Below are positions 1 through 10,572 of a DNA stretch of 64,000 nt, piece after piece (positions within the stretch are counted from its first letter, which is position 1; each line of letters begins with the position of its first letter). Origin of the DNA: Nitrospirota bacterium (GTDB lineage Bacteria; Nitrospirota; Nitrospiria; Nitrospirales; Nitrospiraceae); contig CAVPBK010000005.1 in assembly GCA_963701855.1 (NCBI GenBank), positions 64,001 to 128,000 on the forward strand. Reading direction: 5' to 3'. Below the pieces are notes generated by a model. That model saw nothing but the letters and a program-made list of their open reading frames with translations. It searched no databases and was not told the DNA's origin. The position numbers were made by a program, and so were the translations under genes.

Positions 1-513
1 TCCGGCTTGTACAGGACTAGAGTCGACTACGCCCACACCGCAGATGTTCGAGGCGGGTTGCCCGGTGGAGGTGTATTGCCCCGCGAAGGTTGGATCGACC
101 ACGTGGATCGGAACTAATACAGCCGGTTCCCCACCCAAAACGACGTCCACGGTGTGAACGGGCCCCCATTCAGTGCCGCTTCCAAAAAACATGCATTCAC
201 CCAGGTTGCTCGATGCGAGTGGGATCCTCACCGCAGAGGCAAAAATCCGGAGCCCTGACGATCCTGTATCCACGAGAACATCTGCAATGGTTTGACAGTT
301 TGAGGTACTGGGCTGGCAAATGGTGACTTGAGTGCAAAGTATATTGGCAGATGTGCAGACGGCGGCAGAAGAAGGGTCTATTGCGATCGCGAGGACATTG
401 GGACCGGAAGGACCAGAAGGACCGGAAGGACCAGAGCTTCCGGAATTTCCACAACCCAGAAGAACCGTTATGGCAATCCCGAAAAGAACCGATCTGCATC
501 CTGTCAGAATCAT
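1..513 (-). CDS. DUF3443 family lipoprotein (runs off the window; only the 5' 171 codons are present)
   Basis: Hand translation of a frame missing from the ORF track: MILTGCRSVLFGIAITVLLGCGNSGSSGPSGPSGPSGPNVLAI...VTICQPSTSNCQTIADVLVDTGSSGLRIFASA. Lipobox LLGC, DTGS motif, ATGA overlap with the DUF2844 stop. Confidence 0.85.
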   Translation of the reverse strand, partial: MILTGCRSVLFGIAITVLLGCGNSGSSGPSGPSGPSGPNVLAIAIDPSSAAVCTSANILCTQVTICQPSTSNCQTIADVLVDTGSSGLRIFASAVRIPLASSNLGECMFFGSGTEWGPVHTVDVVLGGEPAVLVPIHVVDPTFAGQYTSTGQPASNICGVGVVDSSPVQAG

Positions 514-977
514 TGGATCATCTCTTTTGTCACTCTCGAAGGGAGGAGTGAGGGAATATAGGCTCTTCCTCGTATATCTCCCGGATGACCTCCCGTTTCT
601 ACCACAACACGGGATCCCTGGATGCGGGCCATCCCGCGCATTCTAGGACCATTTGCTGCGGCAGCAGCGGCTGCCTCCTGGTACTCCTGAAAATAGGAAC
701 CCAAAAGCGAGACCAAGTTTGGATGTCTTCTTCCTCTCCAAGCCACAGCAAAGACCGTATCTCCAGACACATATTCCCTCACCATGATCTCCGGTGTAGT
801 GATCTCCTGGATGGTATAGAGCTGTGCCGGGATCATGCTCAATTGTCCGGCAAGTGCCACGCGATCCGTTTCCACAGAACTCACTGCTTCCCCCAAGACG
901 GCCCAGGCTCTTGGGAGATCGACGATCACGATCAGACTGACTGCTACTGCCATCTCAAGCGCAAGCCGATGTTTCAT
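510..977 (-). CDS. DUF2844 family secreted protein
   Basis: Signal peptide ending AWA-VLG; VREYV...VFAVAWRG...P.L..LLGSYF and GRAYIPSLLP motifs; usual pairing with DUF3443. Confidence 0.85.
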   Translation of the reverse strand: MKHRLALEMAVAVSLIVIVDLPRAWAVLGEAVSSVETDRVALAGQLSMIPAQLYTIQEITTPEIMVREYVSGDTVFAVAWRGRRHPNLVSLLGSYFQEYQEAAAAAAANGPRMRGMARIQGSRVVVETGGHPGDIRGRAYIPSLLPSRVTKEMIQ

Positions 978-1620
978 GACATGCCTCTGTCAGAAAAGAC
1001 CTGGCATTCCTAGACCTGGGTCAATTGCATTTGTTTTTGAGCCTGCAGAAGGATACGGCAAATGCCTTGGAAAAACGACCAGGGAATTATGAATTCACGC
1101 GCAGGATTTTGACCCAGCCACAGAGAACCTACCCCAATTGTTCCAGGGCACCACATGAATGCTTCCACAACCCTAGGTTTTGAAACTAGATCAGAAAACC
1201 TGGTTTCCAAGAGGCTGTACCCTCGTTTTGGAGGGGGTGTGCATGCAAGATCCTAGCGTACCAGGTTGCGAAAGGCATAGGCTGAACTGTGCCACTTGAT
1301 CACTTTCCAGCAACAGATCTCGGGTCAGACATGGGTAGTGACCTCTGAGGACCACACGGGGAAATAAAGATACCATTTCGCGGCGCGTGGCGGGCCTGCT
1401 CCTTCCCCACCCTCCCTTCACACAAGACCTCCACAATTTCAACCGTCGGCTCCTTGTCGTGGGACAAATGCGGAGGTGGTGCGGGGCAAGAGATCGATGC
1501 GCCTTATGGGGAAATGGTGAGCGGTCGGATTGCCGTGATCCAGGGTTCGTACCGTTTTCCATACCGCAGGGTCACTTCATAGCGAGGCTCGTTGCCCCTC
1601 CCCGGCCTCACCGTATCGCT

Positions 1621-2942
1621 TGACCCAAAACCCGAAAAGTAGGCCAGGGGGAACGTGAGGAAATGGCCGGCGACGTGGTCTTCTTCACCGGGAAGGAGGA
1701 CCCGACGATGGCACGACGACGAGGGCATACCGAGGAACAAATCCTGGCGGCCTGGCGGCACGCGGAGGGTGGCACAGCCGTAGCGGAGGTCTGTCGAGAC
1801 GTGGGGATTAGTGAGCAGACGTTCTACGTGTGGACACGGAAGTATGCGGGGCTTGGACTGAACGAGCTACGGGAGTTGCGACAATTGCGGGAAGAGAACA
1901 CCAAGCTCAAGCGCCTGGTGGCCGATCTCTCGCTCGATCGGCACATGGTGCAGGAGATGGTCCGAAAAAAGCTGTACGGCCTCGGGACCGGCGGGTCCTG
2001 GCCCGCTGGGCGCAAATGACCTATCAAGTCAGTGAGCGCCGGGTCTCGAGGCTGTTGCCGATGGCGCGGGCCTCGTTGCGGTATCAGGGGCATCGTGATC
2101 CGCAGGAGGCGTTGCGCATGCGGGTGCGCGAGGTGGCGGCGAGCCGAGTGCGTTTCGGCTATCGACGACTCACGGTGTTGTTGCGACGGGACGGGTGGCG
2201 GGTGAACGCGAAGCGAATCTATCGGCTGTACATGGAAGAGGGCTTGATGGTGCGGACCAAAGTCCGTGTACGAGCAGCACGAAGGAACCGCGTGCCCCAG
2301 GCCGTGGCCACGGCGCCGAACCAGCGGTGGAGCATGGACTTCATGAGCGAGCGTGTGGCGGATGGGCGCTGGTTTCGGATCCTGACCGTGGTGGACCAGT
2401 TCACGCGGGAATGCCTGTGTTTGGTCGCCGACCAGTCGCTTACAGGAGAGACGGTGGCGCAGGCGGTAGAGCCGGTGGTGCTCCAGCGTGGAGCCCCACG
2501 GGCGATTACCGTGGACAACGGGAGTGAATTTGCCAGTCGCGTCATGGACGCCTGGGCCTACCGCCACGGGATTCCGTTGGACTTTATTCGGCCCGGCAAG
2601 CCTGTCGAGAATGGCTTCATCGAGAGTGTCAACGGGCGATTACGAGATGAGTGCCTGAACGTCGAGGTGTTCTTCACGCTCGAGGATGTGCGGGAGAAGT
2701 TGGCTCGGTGGCAGGAGGACGACAACCTCTTGCGACCGCACAGCGCGTTGCAGGATCAAGCGCCGGCATCCTTTGCGGCTCAGTGGGCAGCGACCGCTCA
2801 AACCCTCCATGCTCCCCAGGTCTTGTTGGAGACACTCACGTGAGGTATGTTAGGTTTGCATCGCCGCTGAAGCGGCTCAACCCGATCACGCGCAGGCCAA
2901 ATCCTCAGGTGCTAGATCGGTCTAGTTTCGTGGGGCGGGTCA
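1621..2942 (+). mobile_element. IS3-family insertion sequence, copy A
   Basis: Imperfect terminal IRs TGACCCAAAACCCGAAAAGTAGGCC and (rc) TGACCCGCCCCACGAAACTAGACC; orfA/orfB with an A6G slippery site at 1965-1971. Confidence 0.9.
1708..2843 (+). CDS. IS3 transposase OrfA/OrfB (-1 programmed frameshift), with many missense substitutions
   Basis: OrfA HTH (EEQILAA...GISEQTFYVW); OrfB rve core WSMDF, VDNGSEF, PGKPVENGFIES. Confidence 0.85.
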
Positions 2943-2995
2943 AATTCGGCCCGACCCTAACATACAGGGTGGACCGGTTTAAGGGGGCTAGGTCA
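2943..2995 (-). mobile_element. 53-bp remnant of the left end of a second IS3 type
   Basis: The rc TGACCTAGCCCCCTTAAACCGGTCCACCCTGTATGTTAGGGTCGGGCCGAA resembles the left end of the element at 18848-19231. Confidence 0.7.
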
Positions 2996-3025
2996 AGGTG
3001 GAGAGTGTACCGGTGTTGAGCCACA

Positions 3026-4264
3026 TTACTTCTTAGCCCGTAACTCATTGTCCAGGTGTTCTGCTTCTGTGATTTGGGCTGAACTCATCTTGGACGCGAC
3101 AACGCTCCGAAGTTCCATCGCATCCTGATGGCCTTGTCCCCCAGCACGGCTAAACCAGACATAGGCCTGAACATAGTTCTGAACCACTCCATAACCATTC
3201 GCATAGAGGAGTCCGAGGTTGACTTGCGCTGTTGCGTCCCCTTGATCAGCCGCGCGACGGAACCAGTGCTCCGCCTGCCGGTAATCTTGTAAGACCCCTC
3301 GGCCTCTTGCATACAGCAGTCCCAGATTGAGTTGCGCTAGGGGATTCCCTTGATCAGCCGCGAGACGGAACCAATGTTCCGCGTGCTGGTAATCCTGCTG
3401 GACGCCATGGCCTTTGGCATACATGAAGCCTAGGTGGGCTTGCGCTGTAATATTTCCCTTGTGAGCTGCCTGGCGTAACCAGCGGGCGGCTTCCGCATAA
3501 TCCTGTCTGACGCCCAAGCCCTTCGCATAGAGCAGCGCGAGGTTGACCTGCGCAGAATCATTGCCTTGATGAGCGGCCAGTTCGTACCACCGCCTCGCCC
3601 TAAAGTAGTTCTGCGGGACTCCGTCACCCTGCGCATACATGAGGCCGAGGTTGAACTGTGCACGATCATGTCCCTTCTGAGCTGCCTGGAGTAACCAGCG
3701 GGCGGCCTCCGTGTAATTCTGCGGAACACCCAGGCCCTTGGTGTACAAGTACCCTATGTTGATCTGAGCGATCACATTCCCTTGATCGGCTGCTCGGAGG
3801 AACCAATGGGCAGCCTCGGTGTAATCCCGGGCAACACCTTGACCTTGGATGTACAGAAGAGCCAGGTTCAACTGTGCAGGGCCATGTCCCTGGTCGGCTG
3901 CCAGACGGAACCAGCGGGCGGCTTCCGCATAATCCTGTGTGACGCCAAGGCCCTCATCGTAAAGGACCCCCAAGTTGAACTGAGCCGCACTATTTTCTTG
4001 GGAGGCCGCCAGGAGAAACCACCGTGCCGCTTCTGCATAGTCATGCGAGACACCCTCGTGGTGGGCAAACATATAGCCCAGCATGAACTGAGCGAACGAG
4101 TCCCCTTGATTCGCCAGTGAGTGAAACTCCTTGAATGCAGTCTGATACTCATGACGGTCATAGGCTGCTAACCCGGCGGGCATGTCTGCCCAGGATTGCA
4201 TAGCCAGAGTGGTCAAAAGAACAATTGAAGTCATCAATATAGTCACGGTCCGTCGCATCACCAT
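3026..4264 (-). CDS. Secreted SEL1-like repeat protein
   Basis: Signal peptide, then about ten 36-aa repeats AQ.NLG..Y..G.GV.QDY.EA..W...AA.QG. Alternative TTG start at 4276. Confidence 0.92.
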   Translation of the reverse strand: MVMRRTVTILMTSIVLLTTLAMQSWADMPAGLAAYDRHEYQTAFKEFHSLANQGDSFAQFMLGYMFAHHEGVSHDYAEAARWFLLAASQENSAAQFNLGVLYDEGLGVTQDYAEAARWFRLAADQGHGPAQLNLALLYIQGQGVARDYTEAAHWFLRAADQGNVIAQINIGYLYTKGLGVPQNYTEAARWLLQAAQKGHDRAQFNLGLMYAQGDGVPQNYFRARRWYELAAHQGNDSAQVNLALLYAKGLGVRQDYAEAARWLRQAAHKGNITAQAHLGFMYAKGHGVQQDYQHAEHWFRLAADQGNPLAQLNLGLLYARGRGVLQDYRQAEHWFRRAADQGDATAQVNLGLLYANGYGVVQNYVQAYVWFSRAGGQGHQDAMELRSVVASKMSSAQITEAEHLDNELRAKK

Positions 4265-4491
4265 GGTTGGTGCCAATGCGTATGTTTTATAGTGTCATCG
4301 GGCGTGAAGGCGCATCACAGCTCGGATGAGCACTGGATTGAAATGAGCTTGTCTGGGAAGGGAGTGATCCCATGAGCCGGCCTCTATGATTAATCCTGGT
4401 CTTGATCCATGAACAAGTGAGGAACATCTGATTTTGTAGTGGACACGGAGAGTCCTTCCCAATCCACACCCGGTCATGTCGAGAACGTAGC

Positions 4492-5865
4492 TTATCTGGA
4501 TACCTGTGGGTTGTGCCAACCACCCTCGATGAGCCGATCCGCTTCGTGCGGACCCCAGGTGTGTGACTCGTACTCGTGTAAGGGCATCGGGATGTCGAGA
4601 ATCGGCTGCACAACGCGCCAAGCGGCTTCGACCCCATCCGCGCGGGCAAAGAGCGTGGCATCGCCCTTCATTGCGTCTCCCAGGAGACGCGCATAGGGAT
4701 CCATCTCGTCACCGGAGCTCTGTCGCGCGACCAGTTCCACGCGCTCGCCCACCATCGCCTCTCCCGGCACTTTGCTGTTGGCGCCCAAGGCGATTCTCAT
4801 GTCGGGGCTGAGCCGGAAGCGAACAGAGTTCGGGAACGGTGGGACGATCTCATCCAACACCGGCCAACATGGCCGTTTGAACTCCACCAGGACTTCGGTG
4901 GCCGTAACCGGAAGGCATTTCCCAGTGCGCACGTAGAAGGGCACTCCAGCCCACCGCGCATTGTCGATATAGCATCGCAGTGCGGCGAATGTCTCGACCT
5001 GGGAGTCAGGAGCCACGCCACTCTCGTGGCGGTAGCCCTGGAACTGTCCCCGGACCACATTCGAAGGACTGAGCGGCCGGATCAACTTTAGGATGTTCAC
5101 CCGTTCTTCCCGAATCGATGCATGATCTTTCCCTGGCGGCTGTTCCATCGCCAGGCAAGCTATCACCATCAGCAGATGATTTTGCACCACGTCGCGAATC
5201 GCGCCCACCTCCTCATAGAACGAGCCTCGACCGGCCACTCCGAACTGCTCGGCCATGGTGATCTGCACGCGTTGGATGGAGTGGCGATTCCATCCGGCCT
5301 CAACGAACGGATTGGCGAAGCGGAAGTAGATCAAGTTCTGGACCGGTTCTTTCCCGAGGTAATGGTCGATGCGGAAAATGGCGTGATCCGGGAAATAGGC
5401 GCGGAGCATGCGGTTCAGCGTCTGCGCTGAGAGTAGGTTTCGTCCGAAGGGTTTCTCCACAACCACGCGAGCCCCATCAACGCCGCCTGACGCGGCCAAC
5501 CCCTCAATCACGGTCGTGAATAGGCTGGGCGGTATGGCCAGGTAATAGAGGGGCCGCGTAGCGGAACCGAGTGCCGTGCGTAGGCGTGCAAAGGTAGTAG
5601 GGTCCCGGTAGTCGCCGCTGACATACCGCAGCGATTCAAGCAGGCTGGCCGAAGCCTGGGGATCGACGCCCCCATGGCGTTCAAGGTTTTCGCGGACCTG
5701 GGTTCGTATCTGCTCCGGCATCCGCTCGGGCTTGGCGACCCCAATGACAGGTCCCTTGAGATGGCCACGGCGCACTAACGCCTGTAGGGCTGGAAGGATC
5801 TTCTTCGCTGCGAGATCGCCTGTGAACCCAAAGACGACGAGCGCATCCGACGGTTCGGTGGCCAT
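4492..5865 (-). CDS. zwf: Glucose-6-phosphate 1-dehydrogenase
   Basis: GFTGDLA, EKPFG, RIDHYLGKE, RDVVQNH and RTGK motifs; AAGGA RBS best spaced to the ATG at 5865. Confidence 0.95.
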   Translation of the reverse strand: MATEPSDALVVFGFTGDLAAKKILPALQALVRRGHLKGPVIGVAKPERMPEQIRTQVRENLERHGGVDPQASASLLESLRYVSGDYRDPTTFARLRTALGSATRPLYYLAIPPSLFTTVIEGLAASGGVDGARVVVEKPFGRNLLSAQTLNRMLRAYFPDHAIFRIDHYLGKEPVQNLIYFRFANPFVEAGWNRHSIQRVQITMAEQFGVAGRGSFYEEVGAIRDVVQNHLLMVIACLAMEQPPGKDHASIREERVNILKLIRPLSPSNVVRGQFQGYRHESGVAPDSQVETFAALRCYIDNARWAGVPFYVRTGKCLPVTATEVLVEFKRPCWPVLDEIVPPFPNSVRFRLSPDMRIALGANSKVPGEAMVGERVELVARQSSGDEMDPYARLLGDAMKGDATLFARADGVEAAWRVVQPILDIPMPLHEYESHTWGPHEADRLIEGGWHNPQVSR

Positions 5866-6145
5866 AGTCATCTTCCTTTCAGTCCAGCGTCCCCCTCCGC
5901 AGGCTCACTGAGCGCGTACCACATGGCAGAGAAAACGAGGGCGGCGATGATCTAGCATCCTCCATCGAAGCGGGGACGATGTATTGAGGCGGTTGATAGT
6001 CGGCGCCAGATCAACGTGCGGCAACCAGTCACCACGAGCCGACACAGTGAGCGCCTGTAGCACCAGACCGCTGCATTGCACGTAGGCGAGAAGAATGTGT
6101 GACGTTTCTGGCCTTGATCGCTCACCCATCATGTGTATACGACCT

Positions 6146-7363
6146 TCAACGTGAACCATATTCCTGTGGCGCCGGATCTTCCTGTGCTGCGGGCGCGTCC
6201 GCTGTGACGAGGTCGTACCCGCGCTCCGGCGTCACGACGCGCACCTTGGCGTCATCACGCAACGCGGCGCTCGGGTTATTCACGATGCGGTCGCTCGCGG
6301 AAATCCCCTCTGCGACTTCGATGACGTTGTCGAGGAGTTTGCTCACGATGATTGATTTCAAATGCACGCGGTCGTTCTCCGTCACCACGGCCACTTGTGA
6401 GCCATGCTCCTGGAACACCAAGGCGGTGGAAGGAATCGTGGTGACTTGCCTATCGACCGGCGCTGTAAGCTGGACCCGGGCATTGGAGCCGGGCCAGAGT
6501 GTTCGGTCTTCATTCTCGATCGTAAACACCGTTACCGCAGTACGCGTGCTCGCATCGAACCCGCGGGCGACGGCTAGGAATTTCGCGGTGAAATGACGAT
6601 TGGGCAATTGCGGCACGGTGACGACGGCTGTGAGGCCTGGCTGAAGGAAGGGCCCGAACGACTCCGGCACGCTGACGAAGAGGCGCAGCATATGGACATC
6701 AGCCACCGTAAAGAGGTTGGGGATCGCATTGGTGGTACCGAGAGCGCCTTCCGTACTGACCAAGTCACCGACGTTGATGTTGCGCTGGGTCACTACCCCG
6801 TCGAAGGGCGCCACGATCGTCTTGAACCGAATGAACGCCTCGATGTTCTTGACCTTTTGTTCCGCTGCTCTGACTACCGCTGCCTGGACTTTCAAGTTTT
6901 GTTCTCGCACTGCAATCGACTGCTCGGAGCCCGCATGATTTTGGCGCAGTGCCACCCAACGTTTAGCGGTCACCTCGGCGAGCCGATACTTGGCGCGTTC
7001 CGTGTCCAGATCTGCCCTGGCTTGCGCAAATTCTGTGTCGAGATCCGGCGCGTTGATTTCGGCGAGGACCTCGCCTCTCTTGACCTGGGCTCCATAGTCC
7101 TTGAACCACCTCTTCACATAGCCCGTGACTTGTGCATACATCGGAGCCTCATACCACCCCACGATATTGCCGGCAAGCGTAATGGTCTCGGTCGGCAGCC
7201 CCGGCTTTGGATAGACGACGGACACAGTGGGGACGGCGTCTTCGAGCGTCTGCTCGTTCACCAACGTAGCGTCGAGGTTCTCCGCATAGATCCGATAGCC
7301 AAGGAACAGAGCGCATAGCAGGATGGCTGAGATTGTGACGTGTCTTCCTCGAAGGGTCTTCAT
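6146..7363 (-). CDS. RND efflux periplasmic adaptor (MFP), copy 2
   Basis: MKTLRGR start behind AGGAGG; lipoyl/hairpin motifs GYVKRW..DYGAQVKRGEVLAEI and IVAPFDGVVT.RN; paralog of 7670-8881. Confidence 0.9.
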   Translation of the reverse strand: MKTLRGRHVTISAILLCALFLGYRIYAENLDATLVNEQTLEDAVPTVSVVYPKPGLPTETITLAGNIVGWYEAPMYAQVTGYVKRWFKDYGAQVKRGEVLAEINAPDLDTEFAQARADLDTERAKYRLAEVTAKRWVALRQNHAGSEQSIAVREQNLKVQAAVVRAAEQKVKNIEAFIRFKTIVAPFDGVVTQRNINVGDLVSTEGALGTTNAIPNLFTVADVHMLRLFVSVPESFGPFLQPGLTAVVTVPQLPNRHFTAKFLAVARGFDASTRTAVTVFTIENEDRTLWPGSNARVQLTAPVDRQVTTIPSTALVFQEHGSQVAVVTENDRVHLKSIIVSKLLDNVIEVAEGISASDRIVNNPSAALRDDAKVRVVTPERGYDLVTADAPAAQEDPAPQEYGSR

Positions 7364-7376
7364 ATTATGGATCCTC

Positions 7377-7583
7377 CTATTGGCGAATGATTCGCTGGGT
7401 ATAGAAGATCGCATACACGCAGGGCACGAAGAACAGGGTAAAAACGGTGGCGACGAGCAATCCGTCGATGACGGCGAGGCCCAGTGACGCATTCTGGGAG
7501 TAGCCCGTCACCATGGGGACCATCCCGAAAATCATGGCCAGGGCAGTTATGAGGACCGGACGGAAGCGGGTCGTTCCGGCCAT
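7377..7583 (-). pseudogene. Duplicated 3' fragment of the RND permease (last two TM helices)
   Basis: AGTTRFRPVLITALAMIFGMVPMVTGYSQNASLG...VPCVYA closely matches the C-terminus of 8878-10572. Confidence 0.85.
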
Positions 7584-7669
7584 ATCCAGCTGAGGTAGGT
7601 GGAGAGCATTGCTGGTGCCGTTTCCCACGCGAGTGTTACTACCTGTCGGCTGGAATGTCATAGGGGTGG

Positions 7670-8881
7670 CTATGAGTGTTGCTTTGGTACAACTGTTTCT
7701 GCTGCCGTTCCTTCTCCAGTGACGAGGTCGTACCCCGGAGCGGGCGTCACGATGCGTACCTTGGTGTTATCGCGCAATCCGGCGTTCGGGTTGTTCACGA
7801 TGCGGTCGCTCGCGGAAATCCCCTCTGCGACTTCGACGACGTTGCCGAGAAATTTGCTCACGGTGATTGGTTTCAAGTGCACTCGGTCGTCCTCCGCCAC
7901 CACGACCACTTGTGTGCCATGCTCCTGGAACACCAAGGCGGTGGAAGGAATCGTGGTGACTTGCCTATCGACCGGCGCTGTAAGCTGGACCTGGGCATAG
8001 GAGCCGGGCCAGAGTGCTCGGTCTTCATTCTCGATCGTAAACACCGTTACCGCAGTACGCGTGCTCACATCGAACCCACGGGCGACGGTCAGGAAGGTCG
8101 CGGTGAAATGACGATTGGGCAGTTGCGGGACAGTCACGTCGGCCGTCAGGCCCGATTGGAGGAACGGTCCGAACGACTCCGGCACGCTGACGAAGAGGCG
8201 CAGCATATGGACTTCGGCCACCGTAAAGAGGTTGGTCTTCGCATTGGGGGTACTGAGATTGCCTTCCTTACTGACCAAGTCACCAACGTTAATGTTGCGC
8301 TGGGTCACCACCCCGTCGAAGGGCGCCACGATCGTCTTGAACCGAATGAACGCCTCGATGTTCTTGATCTTTTGTTCTGCCGCCCTGACCACCGCTGCCT
8401 GAGCTTTCAGGTTTTGTTCCTGGATCGTGATCGACTGCTCGGAGACCGCATGACTTGAGCGCAACGCCACCCAGCGTCGTGCAGTCACCTCGGTAAGCCG
8501 ATACTTGGCGAGCTCCGTGTCCAGATCCGCCTTGGTCTGCGCATAGTCGGCGTCGAGATCCGGCGCATTGATTTCGGCGAGGACCTCGCCTTTCTTGACC
8601 TGAGCTCCGTAGTCCTTGTACCACATGTTCACATAGCCCGTGACTCGCGCATAGATCGGCGCCTCGAACCAGCCCACGATATTGCCGGGGAGCGTAATGG
8701 TCTCGGTCGGCGCCCCCAGCGTTGGATGGACGACGGCCACGGTGGGGACCGCGTCTTCGAGCGTCTTGTGGAGCAACGCCGTGGCGTCGTCGCCGCTCGC
8801 AAGGATTCGAAGGACGAAATAGAGCACACACAGCAGGATCGCTGAAAGAGCAATGCGTTTTGCTTTGGGTGACTGCATCAT
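7670..8881 (-). CDS. RND efflux periplasmic adaptor (MFP), copy 1
   Basis: MMQSPKAKR start overlaps the permease stop; N-terminal TM anchor and MFP motifs. Confidence 0.9.
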   Translation of the reverse strand: MMQSPKAKRIALSAILLCVLYFVLRILASGDDATALLHKTLEDAVPTVAVVHPTLGAPTETITLPGNIVGWFEAPIYARVTGYVNMWYKDYGAQVKKGEVLAEINAPDLDADYAQTKADLDTELAKYRLTEVTARRWVALRSSHAVSEQSITIQEQNLKAQAAVVRAAEQKIKNIEAFIRFKTIVAPFDGVVTQRNINVGDLVSKEGNLSTPNAKTNLFTVAEVHMLRLFVSVPESFGPFLQSGLTADVTVPQLPNRHFTATFLTVARGFDVSTRTAVTVFTIENEDRALWPGSYAQVQLTAPVDRQVTTIPSTALVFQEHGTQVVVVAEDDRVHLKPITVSKFLGNVVEVAEGISASDRIVNNPNAGLRDNTKVRIVTPAPGYDLVTGEGTAAETVVPKQHS

Positions 8882-10572
8882 GAAGCCTCTCCCTTTTGCC
8901 GAGCGGTTCGCCGGTTGTAAACCAGTGCATACACGCAGGGGACGAAGAACAGGGTGAAGATGGTAGCAACGAGCAAGCCGCCGATGACGGCGCGGCCTAG
9001 CGGCGCATTTTGGGAATAGCCCGTCGCCATGGGGAACATCCCGAAAATCATGGCTAAGGCAGTCATGAGCACCGGGCGGAAGCGAGTCGTTCCGGCTTCG
9101 ATCGCAGCCCGTAGCGCGTCGCCGTGTTCTTGCAGCCGCTCGCGCGCATAGGACACGACGAGGATCGAATTGGCGGTCGCCGTGCCCATGGTCATGATGG
9201 CGCCCGTCAGTGCCGGCTCCGACAGCCGCGTATGGGTCAGGAACAAGGCCCAGGCGATGCCCGCCAGTGCGCCGGGCAGGGCCGTAATGATGATGAAGGG
9301 ATCGAGCCAAGATTGGTAATTGACGGTGATCAGCAGATAGACCAGCACGATCGCGGCAAGCAGTCCTAAAATCAGCTCGGCATACGCATCATACATCAAT
9401 GAGGCCTGGCCATGGATTTCGACCTCCGCACTGCGTGGTTTCTCGCCTTCCATGCTCTTGGCAACCTGCTCGACATCCGCCAGCACCGCGCCGAGGTCGC
9501 GATCTTCAACGGATACATAGATGTCGAACAGCGGCATAATATTCCCGTGCGTGACCACGCCCGGCGTTCCCTCCGGTGTTAGTGTGGCCAAATTGCCGAG
9601 CAACTGGACCTCACCATCCGCCATGTCGTTCGAGGAATCGACCGGGATGGTCTTGAGACTATTGATGCTGTTGATCTGCGACTGCGGTGTATAGACATTG
9701 ATCAGGTACGACATGCCGGTACTGGGATCGAGCCAATAGATTTGATCGACCTGTTGGCTTCCGGCGGTTGTCATGAGAAGATTTTCGGCCATCTCCTTCA
9801 CGGTTCTGTTGACACCGAGTCCGAACGTGCGGTTGCCTTCGACCATGACGGTCGGTGTGCGCATCGTCTGCTGGACCACCACGTCCACGGCGCCGGGGAC
9901 CTGGCGAAACTTGTCGGCCAATTTACGGGCATACTCGTAGCTGGGGTAAATGTCCGGGCCGTTGACCTGCACGTCGATCGGCGCAGGCGCGCCGAAGTTA
10001 AGAATTTTTGCGGTCAGATCGGACGGCTGGAACGTGAATTCGGTTCCCGGATAGCGTTCCTTCAACCCCTGGCGGATAATTTTTCGGAAGTCCCACACCG
10101 GCGATTTTTCATTCTTCAAGAGGATCGTCAGGTCACAATCCTGAGGGCCGATCGTCGGCGTCGGAATGAAAGCGAGGTTATGCGGTCCGACCGGCAGACC
10201 ACAATTGCTGACGATGTTTTCAACTTGACCTGGCAGTAACTCCTCAATGCTTTCGGAGACGAGCGTGGCAATGCGCCCTGACACTTCGATCCGCGTCCCG
10301 AGCGGCGCTCGCATGTGCATCTGAATGACCCCCGACCTGATCTCAGGAAAGTAATCGCGTCCGAGGAAGAAAAAGAGAGACAATGAGGCCAACGCGATGG
10401 CCAGAGAAATCGTGACAAAGATGCCGCGACGGGCGATCGCCTGTTCGAGCAACAGACCATAGCGCTCGCGGATCTGATTGAAGCGGCGTTCGAACCCCTT
10501 CTGAAAGCGGACAAAAGGGTTCCGCGAGGGTTTAGCGCCCGGCTGCTCCTGCTGTTCCTGCGGCTGCGACAT
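8878..10572 (-). CDS. RND permease (AcrB family), C-terminal half
   Basis: TM7, porter domain, TM8-12 with NSILVV and RFRPVLMT; own ATG preceded by GAGGAG. Confidence 0.8.
   Translation of the reverse strand: MSQPQEQQEQPGAKPSRNPFVRFQKGFERRFNQIRERYGLLLEQAIARRGIFVTISLAIALASLSLFFFLGRDYFPEIRSGVIQMHMRAPLGTRIEVSGRIATLVSESIEELLPGQVENIVSNCGLPVGPHNLAFIPTPTIGPQDCDLTILLKNEKSPVWDFRKIIRQGLKERYPGTEFTFQPSDLTAKILNFGAPAPIDVQVNGPDIYPSYEYARKLADKFRQVPGAVDVVVQQTMRTPTVMVEGNRTFGLGVNRTVKEMAENLLMTTAGSQQVDQIYWLDPSTGMSYLINVYTPQSQINSINSLKTIPVDSSNDMADGEVQLLGNLATLTPEGTPGVVTHGNIMPLFDIYVSVEDRDLGAVLADVEQVAKSMEGEKPRSAEVEIHGQASLMYDAYAELILGLLAAIVLVYLLITVNYQSWLDPFIIITALPGALAGIAWALFLTHTRLSEPALTGAIMTMGTATANSILVVSYARERLQEHGDALRAAIEAGTTRFRPVLMTALAMIFGMFPMATGYSQNAPLGRAVIGGLLVATIFTLFFVPCVYALVYNRRTARQKGEAS

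Noticed and set aside
197..499. 100-aa ORF in the track
   Set aside because: Wrong frame; DUF3443 occupies 1-513 in a neighbouring frame.
3026..4150. 108-bp periodic DNA repeats
   Set aside because: Explained by SEL1 protein repeats.
8882..9310. Long N-terminal extension of the 546-aa MFP ORF
   Set aside because: Overlaps the permease in another frame; the real start is about 8881.
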